Positions 13,861-27,425 of a DNA stretch of 64,000 nt are shown one piece after another. Position 1 is the stretch's first letter; every line of letters starts with the position of its first letter. The stretch spans positions 8,242,224 to 8,306,223 of the forward strand of contig NC_057719.1 of assembly GCF_004010195.1 (NCBI RefSeq). Reading direction: 5' to 3'. A program made the position numbers and the translations under genes. This DNA comes from Chiloscyllium plagiosum (Eukaryota). Below the pieces are notes generated by a model. That model had not been told where the DNA came from. It did not search any database and worked only from the letters and a program-made list of their open reading frames with translations.

Positions 13861-14739
13861 CAAATAAAGGTCTGGATTTTGACATTAGCTCCACAATTTA
13901 TAAAATGTGCAGGTGACAGACACCCCCTCTTGGGAGCAGCCTTCATTGATGCTCCTTATGTTAAACTTTTCACAGACTGATTCACACTCAGAAACATAGG
14001 AGCTGGAGTAGGCTATTCAGCCCCTCAGGCCTGCTCCACTATTCAATAGGACCACGGCTGATCATCCAACTCAGTCCCCATACCCTTTGGTGCCTTCAGC
14101 TGTAAGAGCTGTATCCGATTCCACCTTGAAAACATTCAATGTTTTGGCCTTTAATCCCTTTTCGTGACAGAGAATTCCGCAGGCGCACGACTCCCTGGGT
14201 GAAGACAGTTTGGTTTGTCTTCTTCCTTAAACCAGGACCCCTGGTTTCTGGACTCCCCAGTCACCAGAACATCCTAGGAACGTTGCAATGCTGTTGGAGC
14301 GGTGACAGTTTACTGTTATAATCTCAGGGCTTTTGATCCAGAGACCAATGTAATAATCTGAGGGCCTGGGTTCAATTCCTGCTGTGGCAAATGGTCAAAT
14401 TTGGATCCAAAAAAATCTGGGATTAAGAATCTAATGAAGACCATCAAGCCATTGTTAAAAAGAACCAAAACTACCTTCTTTACCCAGTCAGGCCTACATG
14501 TCACTCCAGGCCCACACCAGTGTGGCTGACTCTCAAATGCCTTTTGGGCAATTGGAAAAGGCAATAAATACCAGTGACCAGTGCCACCTCATGCTGTGAA
14601 TAAATCAAATCTTTATTGTGTTTAAACCCATTCAAACTTTATGTTTCTGTGAGATCTCCCCCACCCCCATTCTTCTTAACCACGTCGTCTCTCTTCATAT
14701 ATCAGACCTTCCACCCTAGGGAGCATTCAGGTAAGCCGG

Positions 14740-16282
14740 GTACAGTGTATCAGACTGACTCACACCCATGTAATGTCTCTCAGACTGACACACATGGGTA
14801 CAGTCCCTCAGACTGACTCACACCTGGATACAGTCCCTCAGACTGACTCACACCCAGGCATAGTCTCTCAGACTGACACACACCTGGATACAGTCCCTCA
14901 AACTGACTCACACCCAGGCACAGTCTCTCAGACTGACTCATACCCAGGCACAGTCCCTCAGACTGACTCACACCCAGGCAAAGTCTCTCAGACTGATTCA
15001 CACCCAGGCACAGTCTCTCAGACTGATTCACACCCAGGCACAGTCTCTCAGACTGACAAACACCTGGATACAGTCTCTCAGACTGACTCACACCCAGGTA
15101 CAGTCCCTCAGACTGACTCATACCCAGACACAGTCTCTTAGACTGACTCACACCCAGGCACAGTCCCTCAGACTGATTCATACCCAGGCACAGTCCCTCA
15201 GACTGACTCACACCCAGGCACAGTCTCTCAGACTGATTCACACCCAGGCACAGTCTCTCAGACTGACACACACCTGGATACAGTCTCTCAGACTGACTCA
15301 CACCCAGGTACAGTCTCTCAGACTGACTCATACCCAGACACAGTCTCTCAGACTGACTCATACCCAGGCACAGTCCCTCAGACTGACTCACACCCAGGCA
15401 CAGTCTCTCAGACCGATTCACACATGAGTACAGTCCCTCAGACTGACTCATACCCAGGCACAGTCTCTCAGACTGACTCACACCTGGATACAGACCCTCA
15501 GACTGACTCACACCCAGGCACAGTCCCTCAGACTGACTCACACCCAGGCACAGTCCCTCAGACTGACTCACACCCAGGCACAGTCTCTCAGACTGACTCA
15601 CACCCAGGTACAGTTCCATAAAAGACAATAGGTGCAGGAGTAGGCCATTTTGCCCTTCGAGCCAGCACCACCATTCAATATGATCATGGCTGATAATCCA
15701 CAATCAGTATCCTGTTCCTGCCTTATCCCCATAACCCTTGATTCCACTATCCTTAAGAGCTCTATCAGTCTCTTTCTTGAAAGTATCCAGAGACTTGGCC
15801 TCCACTGCCCTCTGGGGCAGAGCATTCCCTACACCCGCCACTCTCTGGGTGAAGAAGTTTCTCCTCAACTCTGTTCTAAGTGGCCTACCCTTATTTTAAA
15901 CTGTGTCTTCTGGTTCAGGACTCACCCATCAGCGGAAACATGTTTCCTGCCTCCAGAGTGTCCAATCCTTTAATAATCTTATACGCCTCAATCAGATCCC
16001 CTCTCAGCCTTCTAAACTCAAGGGTCTACAAGCCCAGTCACTCCAATCTTTTAGCGTAAGATAGTCCTGCCATTCTGGGAATTGACCGCCGACTGACTCA
16101 TACCTGGGTACAGTCCCTTAGACTGACTCACACCCAGGCACAGTGTCTCAGACTGACTCACACCCAGGTACAGTCTCTCAGACTGACTCACACCCAGGTA
16201 CAGTCTATCAGACTGACTCACACCCAGGTACAGTCTCTCAGACTGACTCACACCCAGGTACAGTCCCTCAGACTGATTCACA
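14740..16282. repeat. 30-bp minisatellite array 1 (CAGACTGACTCACACCCAGGCACAGTCYCT), interrupted at ~15618-16089 by a reverse LINE 3' fragment
   Basis: Clear 30-nt periodicity; about 29 + 6 units estimated from length. Confidence 0.95.
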
Positions 16283-16593
16283 CTGTTGAAAGCAGTTTCC
16301 CTGGCTGGTGTAAATAAGGTTTGCAATGACAGATAATTGGGATTATACCTTAGTTGATTACTTAAGCGATGTTGCTGCTGGAGTGCTTTTCCAGGGTCAT
16401 AAATCTGAATGGCAGTGGGTTTGGAGTCGGGGAATGAGTGGTATGCAGTAAGGGAGGACCAGTGGGGGTCTGGAAATGTTGAGCACATACGGGAGACAGA
16501 CAGTGAGCAGGCGACAATATCCGTGTTTTACACTACAATACCTCCCCTTAGCCAATCGATAACGACTGCCTATTGTCAACATCTGTGTTCTTT

Positions 16594-16895
16594 GGGCTGC
16601 ATGGTGGCTCAGTAGTTAACACTGCTGCCTCACCACACCAGGGACTTGCCTCGGGTGACTGTGTGGCGTTTGCTCATTCTCCCCGTGTCTGCGTGGGTTT
16701 CCTCCCACAGTCCAAAGATGTGCAAGTTGAGGTGGATTGGCCATGCTAAATTGCCCATTAATGTCGAGGCATGTGCAGGCTAGGTGGGTTAGCCATGAGA
16801 AATGCAGGATTATGGGGTGAGTCTGGGTGGGATGCCCTTTGGAGGGTCACTGGATGGCCCGAATGACCTGCTTTTACACTGTTGGCATTCTATGA
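16594..16895 (+). mobile_element. tRNA-derived SINE
   Basis: tggctcagtag A-box-like head, central ccccgtgtctgcgtgggtttcctccc domain. Confidence 0.8.
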
Positions 16896-16939
16896 CTGTT
16901 TACATGTAAATAAAAGGCAACTGGGTGACAGGATACCAG

Positions 16940-17270
16940 TCGAGAGGATGGTATTGGGAAAGCACAGCAGGTCAGGCAGTGTCCGAGGAGCAGGCAAATC
17001 GACATTTCAAGCATAAGCCGGACATTTCCTGATAAAGGGCTTATGACCGAAACGTCGATTCTCCTGCTCCTCGGATGCTGCCTGACCTGCTGTGCGTTTC
17101 CAGCACCACACTCTCGACTCTGATCTCCAGCATCTGCAGACCTCACGTTCGCCTGACAGGATAGCAGCCTCTAGATTAGAGTGGTGCTGGAAAAGCACAG
17201 CAGGCCAGGCAGCATCCAAGGAGCAGGAAAATCGACGTTTCGGGCAAAAGCCCTTCATCGGGAATGAGGA
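16940..17270. mobile_element. Cluster of three alternating-orientation Penelope terminal-repeat arms with hammerhead motifs
   Basis: cctgataaagggcttatgaccgaaacgtcgatt on plus; reverse copies on either side. Confidence 0.75.
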
Positions 17271-18151
17271 TACCAGCATTTGTGGAGTTATTTGACTCCT
17301 GGTGGGAAGCACTCCCTGTTCTTCTCCACACTTTGTCCTCCATGATTCACCAGGGACTGATAACAAATCAGGATACTTGGAAAGTATATGTTTGATTTTG
17401 TTGCGAAAGAGGGCTTGATGCCAATCCATAAACATCCACATGTGGACCGATGCCCAAGGCAAGCAGCCAGAGTGAGAGAGAGCTCGAGAGAGAGAGAGAG
17501 AGACATCCAGCCAGAAACCACACAGTGAATCTGTTTCACTGTACTTCTCTGCTGAGAATTGTGGGATTTTAAAAAAATCCACTGGGTGGGAATATTACCT
17601 GTGTGGCATCAATATGGAGGAATTCTGTACCTCTTAGTCATGAGATCAGCAATGATTGTATTAAATGGAAGAGCAGGCTGAAGGGGCTGAATGACTCCTC
17701 CTGCTGCTGGTTCTTATTGTCCTTCTGTGGGTCATACTGGACTGGGATGTGATAAGGACTGGATCATCAATTTTGAGTGATGTTGGGTTGAAGGACTGAT
17801 ATTGACCCAGAATATCAGGGTGGCCGGGGATCGTTTTAGCCCAGCGTTGACACGTTATGGAAAGATGGCTCCTCTGACAGTGCCACGACATACTTCCACC
17901 ACCCCCCTCTCCGTACCTTCTTTGACAAAAAAATCCCAACTTCCCGCTGAGGATCCCTTCTCCCGCCTCCAACCTGCCTCCTCCACTTGGTCACCCTCCC
18001 CCATGCTGATCTTGTACCCGCCCTGGACCTCTTCATTGCAGACTGCCGATGTGACATTGGGCGCCTCAATTTCTCCACCCCCCTCACCCACTCCAACCTC
18101 ACCCCCTCCGAACATACAGTGCTGTACTCTCTCCGCACCAACCCCCAGTTT

Positions 18152-18481
18152 TGGGCGGCACGGTGGCACAGTGGTTAGCACTGCTGCCTCACAGCGCCAG
18201 AGACCCGGGTTCAATTCCCGCCTCAGGTGACTGACTGTGTGGAGTTTGCACATTCTCCCCGTGTCTGCGTGGGTTTCCTCCGGGTGCTCCGGTTTCCTCC
18301 CACAGTCCAAAGATGTGCAGGTCAGGTGAATTGGCCAAGCTAAATTGCCCGTAGTGTTAGGTAAAAGGGGTAAGTGTAGGGGAATGGGTGGGTTGCGCTT
18401 CGGCGGGTCGGTGTGGACTTGTTGGGCCGAAGGGCCTGTTTCCACACTGTAAGTAATCTAATCTAATCTAATCTAATCTAA
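18152..18481 (+). mobile_element. Full-length tRNA-derived SINE (HE1/V-SINE-like)
   Basis: A box TGGCACAGTGG, B box GGTTCAATTCC, conserved central domain, tail ttgggccgaagggcctgtttccacactgt similar to CR1 3' ends in this window, (AATCT)n terminus. Confidence 0.9.
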
Positions 18482-18878
18482 ACCTGCTGATAAAGGTGGG
18501 GTGATGGTAGTCTGGAGGACGGACCTCTGTCGCAGAGACCAAACACCAACTCTCCAACACCACCTCCTGCCTCCCCCTTGCCCACGACCCCACTGTGACC
18601 CATTATGCCAAAATCACTCGTTCTGTCCATGCCCTCATTGCCTCTGGTGATCTCCCTTCCACTGGCACCAAACTCATAGACCCCTAGCCCTGCACTGCCC
18701 GGTCCTATTTGCTCCCTCGGATCCACAAGCCCAACTACCTCGACTAACCCATCGTCTCTGCATCCTCCCGCCCCAGCGAACTCATCTCATCCTACCTCGA
18801 CTCCATCCTTTCCCCCCTTGGTTCAGCCATTTCCCACCTAGATCCACGACACCAACCACGCCCTCCATCGCTTCAATA

Positions 18879-19205
18879 AGGGTGGCACGGTGGCTCAGTG
18901 GTTAGCACTGCTACCTCACAGCGCCATGGACCTGGGTTCAATTCCTGGCTTGGGCAACTGTCTGTGTGGAGTTTGCATGTTCTCCCCGTGTCTGCATGGG
19001 TTTTCTCCGGGTGCTCCGGTTTCCTCCCACAGTCCAAAGATGTGCAGGTCAGGTGAATTGGCCATGCTAAAATTGCCCGTGGTGTTAGGTGAAGGGGTAA
19101 ATGTAGGGGAATGGGTCTGGGTGGGTTGCTCTTCGGCGGATCGGTGTGGACTTGTTGGGCCGAAGGGCCTATTTCCACACTGTAGGGAATCTAGTCTAAT
19201 CTAAA
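18879..19205 (+). mobile_element. Full-length tRNA-derived SINE
   Basis: Same family as 18152-18481. Confidence 0.9.
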
Positions 19206-22200
19206 CTTCCAGTTCCCCGGCCCCCAGTGCTTTATCTTCACTATGGATGTGCAGTCCTTATACACATCCACACCCCATAAGCACGGCCTCCAGGCTCTCC
19301 ACTTCTTCCTCTCCAACAGACCCATCCAGTCCCCGTCCACCAATACCCTCCTCTGCTTTGCCGAACTGGTCCTCACCCTCAACAACTTTTCCTTTAACTT
19401 CTCCCATTTCCTCCAAATCCAGGGGGTGACCATAGGCACCTGGATGGGCCCCCCAGCTACACCTGCCTTTGTCGGCTATGTTGACTGTATCACATTGATG
19501 ACTGCGTCCTGCACTCAGGCTGAACTGGAGCAGTTTATCAACTTCACCCACAACTTCCACCGCACCCTCAAATTCCCTTGGTCCATCTCGGGCAGCTCCC
19601 TCCCCTTCCTTGACCTCACCATTTCCATCTCCGGCAACAGTCTCCAGACTAACGTTTACTACAAGCTCCAGACTCTCAAAACTACCTGGACTACAGCTCC
19701 TCCCACCCAGTGTGCAGCAAGAACTCCATCCCGTTTTCCCAATTCCTCCGCCTCCACTGCATCTGCTCGAATGAGGAGACATTCCACTCGTGAGCATCCC
19801 AGAAGTCAACCTATTTCGAACAACATGTTTTTTCTCCCTTTGCCATCCAGACAGCCCTCAGCCACACCGCCTCCAATCTCCATTTCACTACTCTAAAACA
19901 CCTCTCCAAACGCAATAAAGGCAGAGTCCCCTTGCCCTCACCTACCACCCCACCAATCCCTGCATACAACGCATCATCCTTAAACACTTCCGCCAACTCC
20001 AACTAGACCCCACCATCAAGAACGCCTTCCCTTCCCCACCCCTCTCTGCCTTCCGTGAGGACCATTCCCTTCGACAGTCCTTGGTTTGCACCACTCTCCC
20101 CACCAACATCCCTGAACCCCCAGGTACCTTCCCCTACAACCAGAGAAGATGCAAACCTTGCCAGGTACACCCCCCTCTCACCTCCATCCAGGGCCCCAAA
20201 AAGCCCTTCCAGGTGAGACACTGCTTCACCTGCCTCTCCTCCAGCCTAGTTTACTGCATCAGGTGCTGCCGATGTGGTCTTCGGGGAGACCAAACATAAA
20301 CTTAGGGAACGGCTTGCCGAGCATCTCAGTCACCTCCCAGTCACCGCCCATTTCAATTCCCCTTCCCATTCCCTTTCCGAAATGACCATCCTTGGCCTCC
20401 TCCATTGCTACAGCGAATCAGACTACAAATTGGAGGAACAACACCTCATCTGCTGCCCACAGCCTGGAGGACTCAACATTGAGTTCTCCAATTTCAAATA
20501 ACCTCCCTCCCCATCCCCCAACTCCCTTCCCAGCCCCTCCCCCTCACTGCCACTCCTCCCTGCCACCAACCGGATCCATTCCTCCCATTGACCAACCAGG
20601 TTGTACCCTCTATCTATCTTCACCTATCCCCACTTCATCACCCTGCCCTCGCCACCCCCTTTATCTGCAGCTCCCCTCCACACCCACAACCAGACCTGAG
20701 GAAAGGTTATGCCTGAAACATTGACTTCTGCACCTCCTGACGCTGCCTGGTTCTTCCTGCCTGCCTACCCCTGACAATGCAGCCCTCACCCAGTACCGCA
20801 CTGCAAGTGTCAGCCTGCATGTTCTACACATGTCTCTGAGGCAGGACAGAACCCTTGAGTCTAGAGTGTGGGGAGGCTTTACACTGATGTACCTAGAAAC
20901 CAGGGCCAGCTACAGGCCAATCGGCCCCTTCCAGCCTGCTGCAGCATTCAATCTGATCGTGGCTGGTCATCCAACACTGTGCCCTGTTCCCGACTTCTCC
21001 CCATATCCTTTGAACCCTTTACCCTAAGAACTGTGTCTAACTCCTTCTCAAAAACATTCAATGTTTTGGTGACCACCTTTGATGCTCCACACTTGCCTCC
21101 ACCAACTATTACAACGCGTCAACTGCTTTCTGTGGAGGAGAATTCTGAAGGCTCCCCACTCTCTGGGGGAAGAAATCTCTCTTCATCTCAGTTTTAAATA
21201 GGCTTACCCTGTATCCTTAGACTGTGACTCCTGATTCAAGACTCTCTGGCCATTGGAAACATCCTTCCTGCATTTCCCCTCTCTAGTGCTGTTCGAAAGT
21301 TAGAAATTCCCATGAGATTTCCCCACTCATTCTGCTAAACTCTAACCAATCCAGTCTCTCTTCATACATTACTCCTGCCATTTCTAAACAGTTTATACCA
21401 CCTTTACTCTTTTCGCCATTAAATGGTACGGTCAGCATGATCTAACCCGATCAAAGGCAGAGATTCCATAGGGTGGAGATGGTGAATGATGGGTTACCCT
21501 GTGGGTCTCAGGCAAGAGGAGAAGGTTGAGAAGGAGAGTCCTTCAGTTGGTACAGGAATTGAACCTAGTTTGGTGACAGCAGTCACTAGCTGTCCAGCCA
21601 GCTGAGCTAACCAACCCCATTTTGTGTATGTAAAGTGCTTGAACACTTTAGCAGTGACTGCCACAGTATTAGGGTAAATCAGGTTGCATCATTAACTGGT
21701 GAAAAGCACTGGAAAATCCCCAGGGAGACTTGGAAAACCTTTTCCCCCTTCCCCACTGACCGCGCCCCCCCAACCCATACCCAAGGGAAAAGCTTTAGGG
21801 GTCAGAGGGGCATTGTGGTCTGCGCCTCTCAGGATAGACAGGACAGGAGAAAGCATCAAAGCCCATGCACCAGTATATAACTGGTTCCTTCAAATTGCCC
21901 CATATTGTTATATCCATTCATGGGACATGGGCATCATTTATTACCCATCCCTAGTTGCCCTTGAGAAGGTGGGGGTGAGCTGCCTTCTTGAAGCGCTGCA
22001 GTCCACCTGCTGTAGATTGACCCACAATGCCCTGAGGGAGGCAGTTTCAGGATTCTGACCCAGTGACAGTGAAGGGATGGCGATATATTTCCAAGCCAGG
22101 ATGGTGAGTGGCTTGGAAGGGAACTTGCAGGAGATGGTGTCCTTTGTCCTTCTAGTTTTGGAGAGTGCTATTTTGAAGAGCCCTGGTGAATAGCTTCGAG

Positions 22201-22869
22201 ATGGTACACACTGCTTCTACTGAGCATCGATGGCGAAGGGAGTGGATGTTTGTGGATGTGTGCCCATCAAGTGGGCTGCTTTGTCCTGGATGGTTGAATG
22301 TTCTTGGGGCTGCATCCATGCAGGCAAATGGGGTGTATTCCACCCCACTCCTGACTTGTGCCTTGTAGATGTTGGACAGGCTTTGGGGAAGGCTATCTCC
22401 AACCAACTGGATTTAAGACTCAGAATTTCATTTCAATAGCACCTTTCGCAACCTTGGTCATCATGAAACACCTCCCAATCAGCGAGTACATCGAGCATGT
22501 GGTCGCTGTTTGACTGTGGGGAGACAAGGCAGTTTATTGTGCGCACAGCAAGATCCCACAAATCACACTGTGCTAATTAGCCAGTCAATCTCTCCAAAGA
22601 TGATGGTTCAAAAGTGAAACAAGTCCGTGAGTCAGTGAGGATGTTGAAAAGGCAGGTTAATGCTTCCTGTGTGTGGTATGTTTGCCATCAGACCAGTAGA
22701 CCTCTCCTTAAAAGCCCCACTGGATCACTTTGGTCTGGAATTCCTTCTGGGATATTCTGAGTGTGGCCGTGGTAGGGTGACAGAAACCTCTGTGGCGTTT
22801 TGTGAAGTCTTCTGCCCCCATTAAACAGAGCTTGTGTGTGGGGGGTGGGATTAGGGTGAAGGGCTCGCG

Positions 22870-22887
22870 TTGTGTGTGTGAGAGAGA

Positions 22888-22919
<32 letters not shown>

Positions 22920-23256
22920 AATTGACAGTGGGTGTGTGTGTGAGAGAGAGAGAACGTATGTGTGTGTGTTTGTGTGTGTGTGAAAGAGAGAGAGAACGTG
23001 TGTGAGTGAGAGTATGTGTGAGAGATATTGACAGTGAGTGCGTGTGAGAGAGTATGTGTGAATGAGACAGATTGTGAGCGAGAGAGTAGAGTGAGAGTGT
23101 GTAAGAGAGATTGAGAGTGGGTGTGTGTGAGAGAGACAGCTTGTATATGTTTTTGTGTGTGTGTGAGAGAAAGAGACTGTGTGGGTGGGAGAGACAGTGT
23201 GTGTGAGAGAGTGTGAGAGAAAGGGAGCGTGTGTGTGTGAGTGTGTGAGAGAGAGA
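22870..23256. repeat. Compound (TG)n/(AG)n low-complexity tract
   Basis: Seen directly. Confidence 0.9.
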
Positions 23257-23570
23257 TAAGGTTAGTGGGTTGGAAGCTGGGCCAAAATGGTTCAAACTGA
23301 CACTCCAGCCAGAAGATGACGAGGTAAGTTTTTTAATAGGTCAGTGAATGAGCACAGGTTAAGTTTGCTCAGTGGGTTTCACAGAAAATAATCTCAGTCT
23401 ATTTGGAGTGACCTCTGCACTAAGTGCATCCAGTTCTTAGAGTTGCAAACTGTGCAGACGGTCAACTTTTTTAAAAAAGACTCATTCTCAGAATTTATGC
23501 AGTGCTGGCGAGAATGACATCGATTGCCTGTTCCTAGTTAGGCTGTTGCACTCTGGGACACAGCAACAGC

Positions 23571-25337
23571 TTCTCAGACTGACTCACATCCAGGTACAGT
23601 CCCACAGACCGACTCACACCCAGATAGAACATAGAACATAGAACAATACAGCACAGAACAGGCCCTTCGGCCCACGATGTTGTGCCGAACTTCTAACCTA
23701 GGACTGACTCACATCCAGGTACAGTCCCACAGACCGACTCACACCCAGATGTAGTTGCACAGACTGACTCATACCAGGGTACAGTTCTACAGACTGACTC
23801 ACACCTGGGTACAGGCCCTCAGACTGACTCACACAAGGGTACAGTCCCACAGACTGACTCACACCCAGGTACAGTCCCTCAGACTGACTCACACCAAGGT
23901 ACAGTTCCACAGACTGACTCACACATGGGTACAGCCCCTCAGATTGACTCACACCCAGGTATAGTCCCTCAGACTGACACACACCCAAGATACAGTCCCT
24001 CAGACTGACTCAAAACCCAGGTACAGTTCCACAAACTGACTCACACCTGAGTACTGTCCCTCAGAATGACTCACACCTGGGTACAGTCTGTCAGACTGAC
24101 TCACACTGGGGTACAGTCTGTCAGACTGACTCACACCTGGGTAGATTCTGTCAGACTGACTCACACTGGGATACAGTCTGTCAGACTGACTCACACTTGG
24201 GTAGATTCTGTCAGACTGACTCACACCTGGGTACAGTCTGTCAGACTGACTCACACCTGGGTACAGTCTGTCAGGCTGACTCACACCTGGGTACAGTCTG
24301 TCAGACTGACTCACACCTGGGTCCAGTCTGTCAGACTGACTCACACCTGGGTACAGTCTGGGTAAAAACAATGACTGCAGATGCTGGAAACCAGATTCTG
24401 GATTAGTGGTGCTGGAAGAGCACAGCAATTCAGGCAGCATCCGAGGAGCAGTAAAATCGATGTTTCGGGCAAAAGCCCTTCATCAGGAATAAAGGCAGTG
24501 AGCCTGAAGCGTGGAGAGATAAGCTAGAGGAGGGTGGGGGTGGGGAGAAAGTAGCATAGAGTACAAGAGGTGAGTGGGATGCCCTGGGGTTGAAGTGTTC
24601 TGAGGCGGAAGATGAGGCGTTCTTCCTCCAGGCGTCTGGTGGTGAGGGAGCGGCGGTGGAGGAGGCCCAGCACCTCCATATCCTCGGCAGAGTGGGAGGG
24701 GGAGTTGAAATGTTGGGCCACGGGGCGGTGTGGTTGATTGGCGTCTCGGCGATGTTCCCTAAAGCGCTCTGCTAGGAGGTGCCCAGTCTCCCCAATGTAG
24801 AGGAGGCCGCATCGGGAGCAACGGATACAATATATGATATTAGTGGATGTGCAGGTAAAAGTTTGATGGATGTGGAAGGCTCCTTTGGGGCCTTGGATAG
24901 AGGTGAGTGAGGAGGTGTGGGCGCAGGTTTTACAGTTCCTGCGGTGGCAGGGGAAGGTGCCAGAATGGGAGGGTGGCTTATAGGGGCGTGGCCCTGACCA
25001 GGTAGTCACGGAGGGAACGGTCTTTGCGGAAGGCGGAAAGGTGTGGGGAGGGAAATATATCCTTGGTGGTGGGGTCTTTTTGGAGGTGGCAGAAATGTCG
25101 GCGGATGATTTGGTTTATGCGAAGGTTGGTAGGGTGGAAGGTGAGCACCAGGGGCGTTCTGTCCTTGTTACGGTTGGAGGGGTGGGGTCTGAGGGCGGAG
25201 GGGCAGGATGTGGACGAGATGTGTTGGAGGGCATCTTTAACCACGTAGGAAGGGAAATTGCGGTCTCTAAAGACCCAAGTCCAGTCTGTCAGACTGACTC
25301 ACACCTGGGTAGAGTTTGTCAGACTGACTCACACCTG
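23571..25337. repeat. 30-bp minisatellite array 2 (same family as array 1), interrupted by a LINE tail (~23624-23700) and a Penelope-like element (~24362-25272)
   Basis: 30-nt periodicity; the distal units are the variant CAGACTGACTCACACCTGGGTACAGTCTGT; the array resumes after the insertion. Confidence 0.95.
24362..25272 (-). mobile_element. 5'-truncated Penelope-like element (GIY-YIG endonuclease + terminal repeat with hammerhead motif)
   Basis: CKTC...NIIYCIRCSRCGLLYIGETGHLLAERFREH...VAQHFN...RRLEEERLIFRLRTLQPQG; reverse of cctgatgaagggcttttgcccgaaacatc at ~24458-24488. Confidence 0.9.
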
Positions 25338-25836
25338 ATTTTCAATTAAATCAAAAAGGCTTTTGGGCCACTATTTTAAAGAACAGAAGGATTCCTGGTC
25401 AATGTTTGTCCCCCAAACAATGAAGAACTGTTCTGGTCATCATCACAGTTTATGATTACATTTCTTCCCTCTCAGATGCTGGAGCAGTCCGTGTCTAAAT
25501 GCAGCAAGATTTTGGTAACCTTCACTCTTGGGCTGGAAGGGAACAAATAAATATTCATGCTACACGAGTGCCCGGCGATAATCATCTCCGACAACAGAGA
25601 ATCTAACCATTATTCTTGACGTTCAATAACATTACCATCACTGAACCACTAAATGATTATTTGGGAACACCGCCAAAAGCAAGTTCTCCCCCAACTACCC
25701 CCTTCCCCCAAACCAAGCCACTCACCATCCTGACTTGGAAATATATCACCGTTCCTTCACTGGCGCTGGGTCAACGTTCTGGAAATCCCACTGTGCAGGC
25801 ATTGTGGATCTATCTACAGCTCAGCAGTCCACCAAG

Positions 25837-25976
25837 GCAGAAGTGAGGACTGTAGATGCTGGAACTCAGAGTCTCGATGAGAGTGGGGCTGGAAAGGCAC
25901 AGCAGGTTAGGCAGCATCCGAGGAGCAGGAAAACCGATGTTTCGGGCAAAAGCCCTTCATCAGGAATTCAGCCCAA
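25837..25976 (-). mobile_element. Short Penelope terminal-repeat insertion
   Basis: 16-bp TSD TCAGCAGTCCACCAAG at 25821-25836 and 25977-25992; hammerhead-like core on minus. Confidence 0.8.
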
Positions 25977-26959
25977 TCAGCAGTCCACCAAGACAGCTCA
26001 TCCCCACCTTCTCAAGGGCAACTAGGGACGGCCAATAAAAGCTGGCCCAGTGAGTGATGGCCACGCCCCATGAGTGGACAAAAGAATTCAACATCTTTTT
26101 GTAACTCCCATTGACCAGGAACTGAATTGAATAGCTATATAAAAACTATGGCCACAAGAGCAGGTCATAGGCGAGGAATTTGGGAGTGCTTAATGATTAA
26201 TGTTGTACTGGGTTAAGAATGTCAAGCAATGGCTTGATTTTTAGGATGGTCCCCTTTCACTAATCCTCCTTTCTATGCCTCAGGTCTCTCTAACGGTCTG
26301 GAGGATATACTGTTAGATATTCTTAACAAGTATCTTGTCTTACGTAACCCGGTATAGTTTATTGCAATAATAGCAATAGGCACACTTAACATTAACTAGT
26401 TAGGGACAATTACATCTACCAGACACCACATACGTCATATCCATTGACAGACTGTGTTGCATCATGACCTTGGCTGCATCTGATGCAATCCTCCCAGCAA
26501 CCCTTTCAGAATCATTCCCTCATCTAAAAATAACTCACCTCCTGACTCCCCAGAGCCTGCCCACCATTACTAGGCACACGTTAGGAGTGTGATGGATTAC
26601 TCCCCACGTGTCTGGATGAGTGCAGTTCCAATGACATGCAAGAAGCTGGATTTCATCCAGGACAAAGCAGCCTGGTTGATTGGCACCTTATCCACGATAC
26701 CTTCGATACCACCACACGGTGGCATAAATGTGTACCCATCAGCAAGATTCAATACAGAATTCATTAGGACTCCCTTATAAGCACCTTCTGAAACCCTCAC
26801 CTCTACCAGTTAGGAGGAGGAGAGCAGATACACCATCTCCAATTTCCTCTCCAAGTCACACTCCATCCTGTCTTGCAAATATATTGCCATTCCTTCACTA
26901 TCACTTGGTCAGAAAGCTAGAACTCCCTGCTGAAGGGCATCAGCTTGATCTCTGGGTTC

Positions 26960-27425
26960 AGCAACCATTTACCAGGATGCTGCCCAGAACAGAGAGTTTG
27001 ACTATAAGGAGAGGCTGGATGGGCTGGGACTTTTTCACTCGAGCATAGGGGTACGAGGGGCTGAACTTTTCGAGATTTATAAAATCAGGAGGTGCATAGA
27101 TAAGGTGAATAGCAAGTCTCTTTTCCCCTAGAGTGTGGGATTTCAAGACTAGGGGATATATTTTTAAGGTGAGAGCAGAAAGATTTTAAAAAGATATGAG
27201 TGACAGACAGAGAGGTTCGTGTGTGGAATGAACTGACAGAGGAAGCGGTGACCGCAGGTACCATTACAACATTTAAAAGACATTTGAATAACTTCATGAG
27301 TAGGAAAGGTTTGGAGGGATATGGGCCAATCGCAGGTAGGTGGGGCCAATTTAGTTTGGGAACATGTTCGGCATGGTCTGGTTGGACCGAAGGGTCTGTT
27401 TCCGTGCTGTATGACTCTATGACTG
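26960..27425 (+). mobile_element. CR1 LINE 3' fragment
   Basis: FTRMLP...VWNEL.EE.V.AGTITTFKRHL and tail ending in gactctat repeats. Confidence 0.85.

Larger units (their letters stand above)
17884..20768 (+). mobile_element. Penelope-like retroelement (degenerate RT + GIY-YIG endonuclease), with two SINE insertions
   Basis: RT motifs MDVQSLYTS.PH, LTLNNFSFN, LPFLDLTI; GIY-YIG region CKPC...LVYCIRC.RCG...GET...LRERLAEH...HFN; degenerate hammerhead at ~20692-20726; imperfect flanking duplication cc.ctgaca.tgc. Confidence 0.85.

Noticed and set aside
14740..16282. 30-bp arrays as CRISPR or as a repeat-protein gene (307-aa ORF)
   Set aside because: No unique spacers, no cas genes, eukaryotic context; the ORFs follow from a unit length divisible by 3, and the arrays are broken by TEs.
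18152..18225. tRNA genes at SINE heads
   Set aside because: A and B boxes continue into SINE body and tail; these are tRNA-derived SINEs.
22708..23295. 195-aa His/Thr/Leu/Ser-rich ORF
   Set aside because: Translation of a TG/AG microsatellite.
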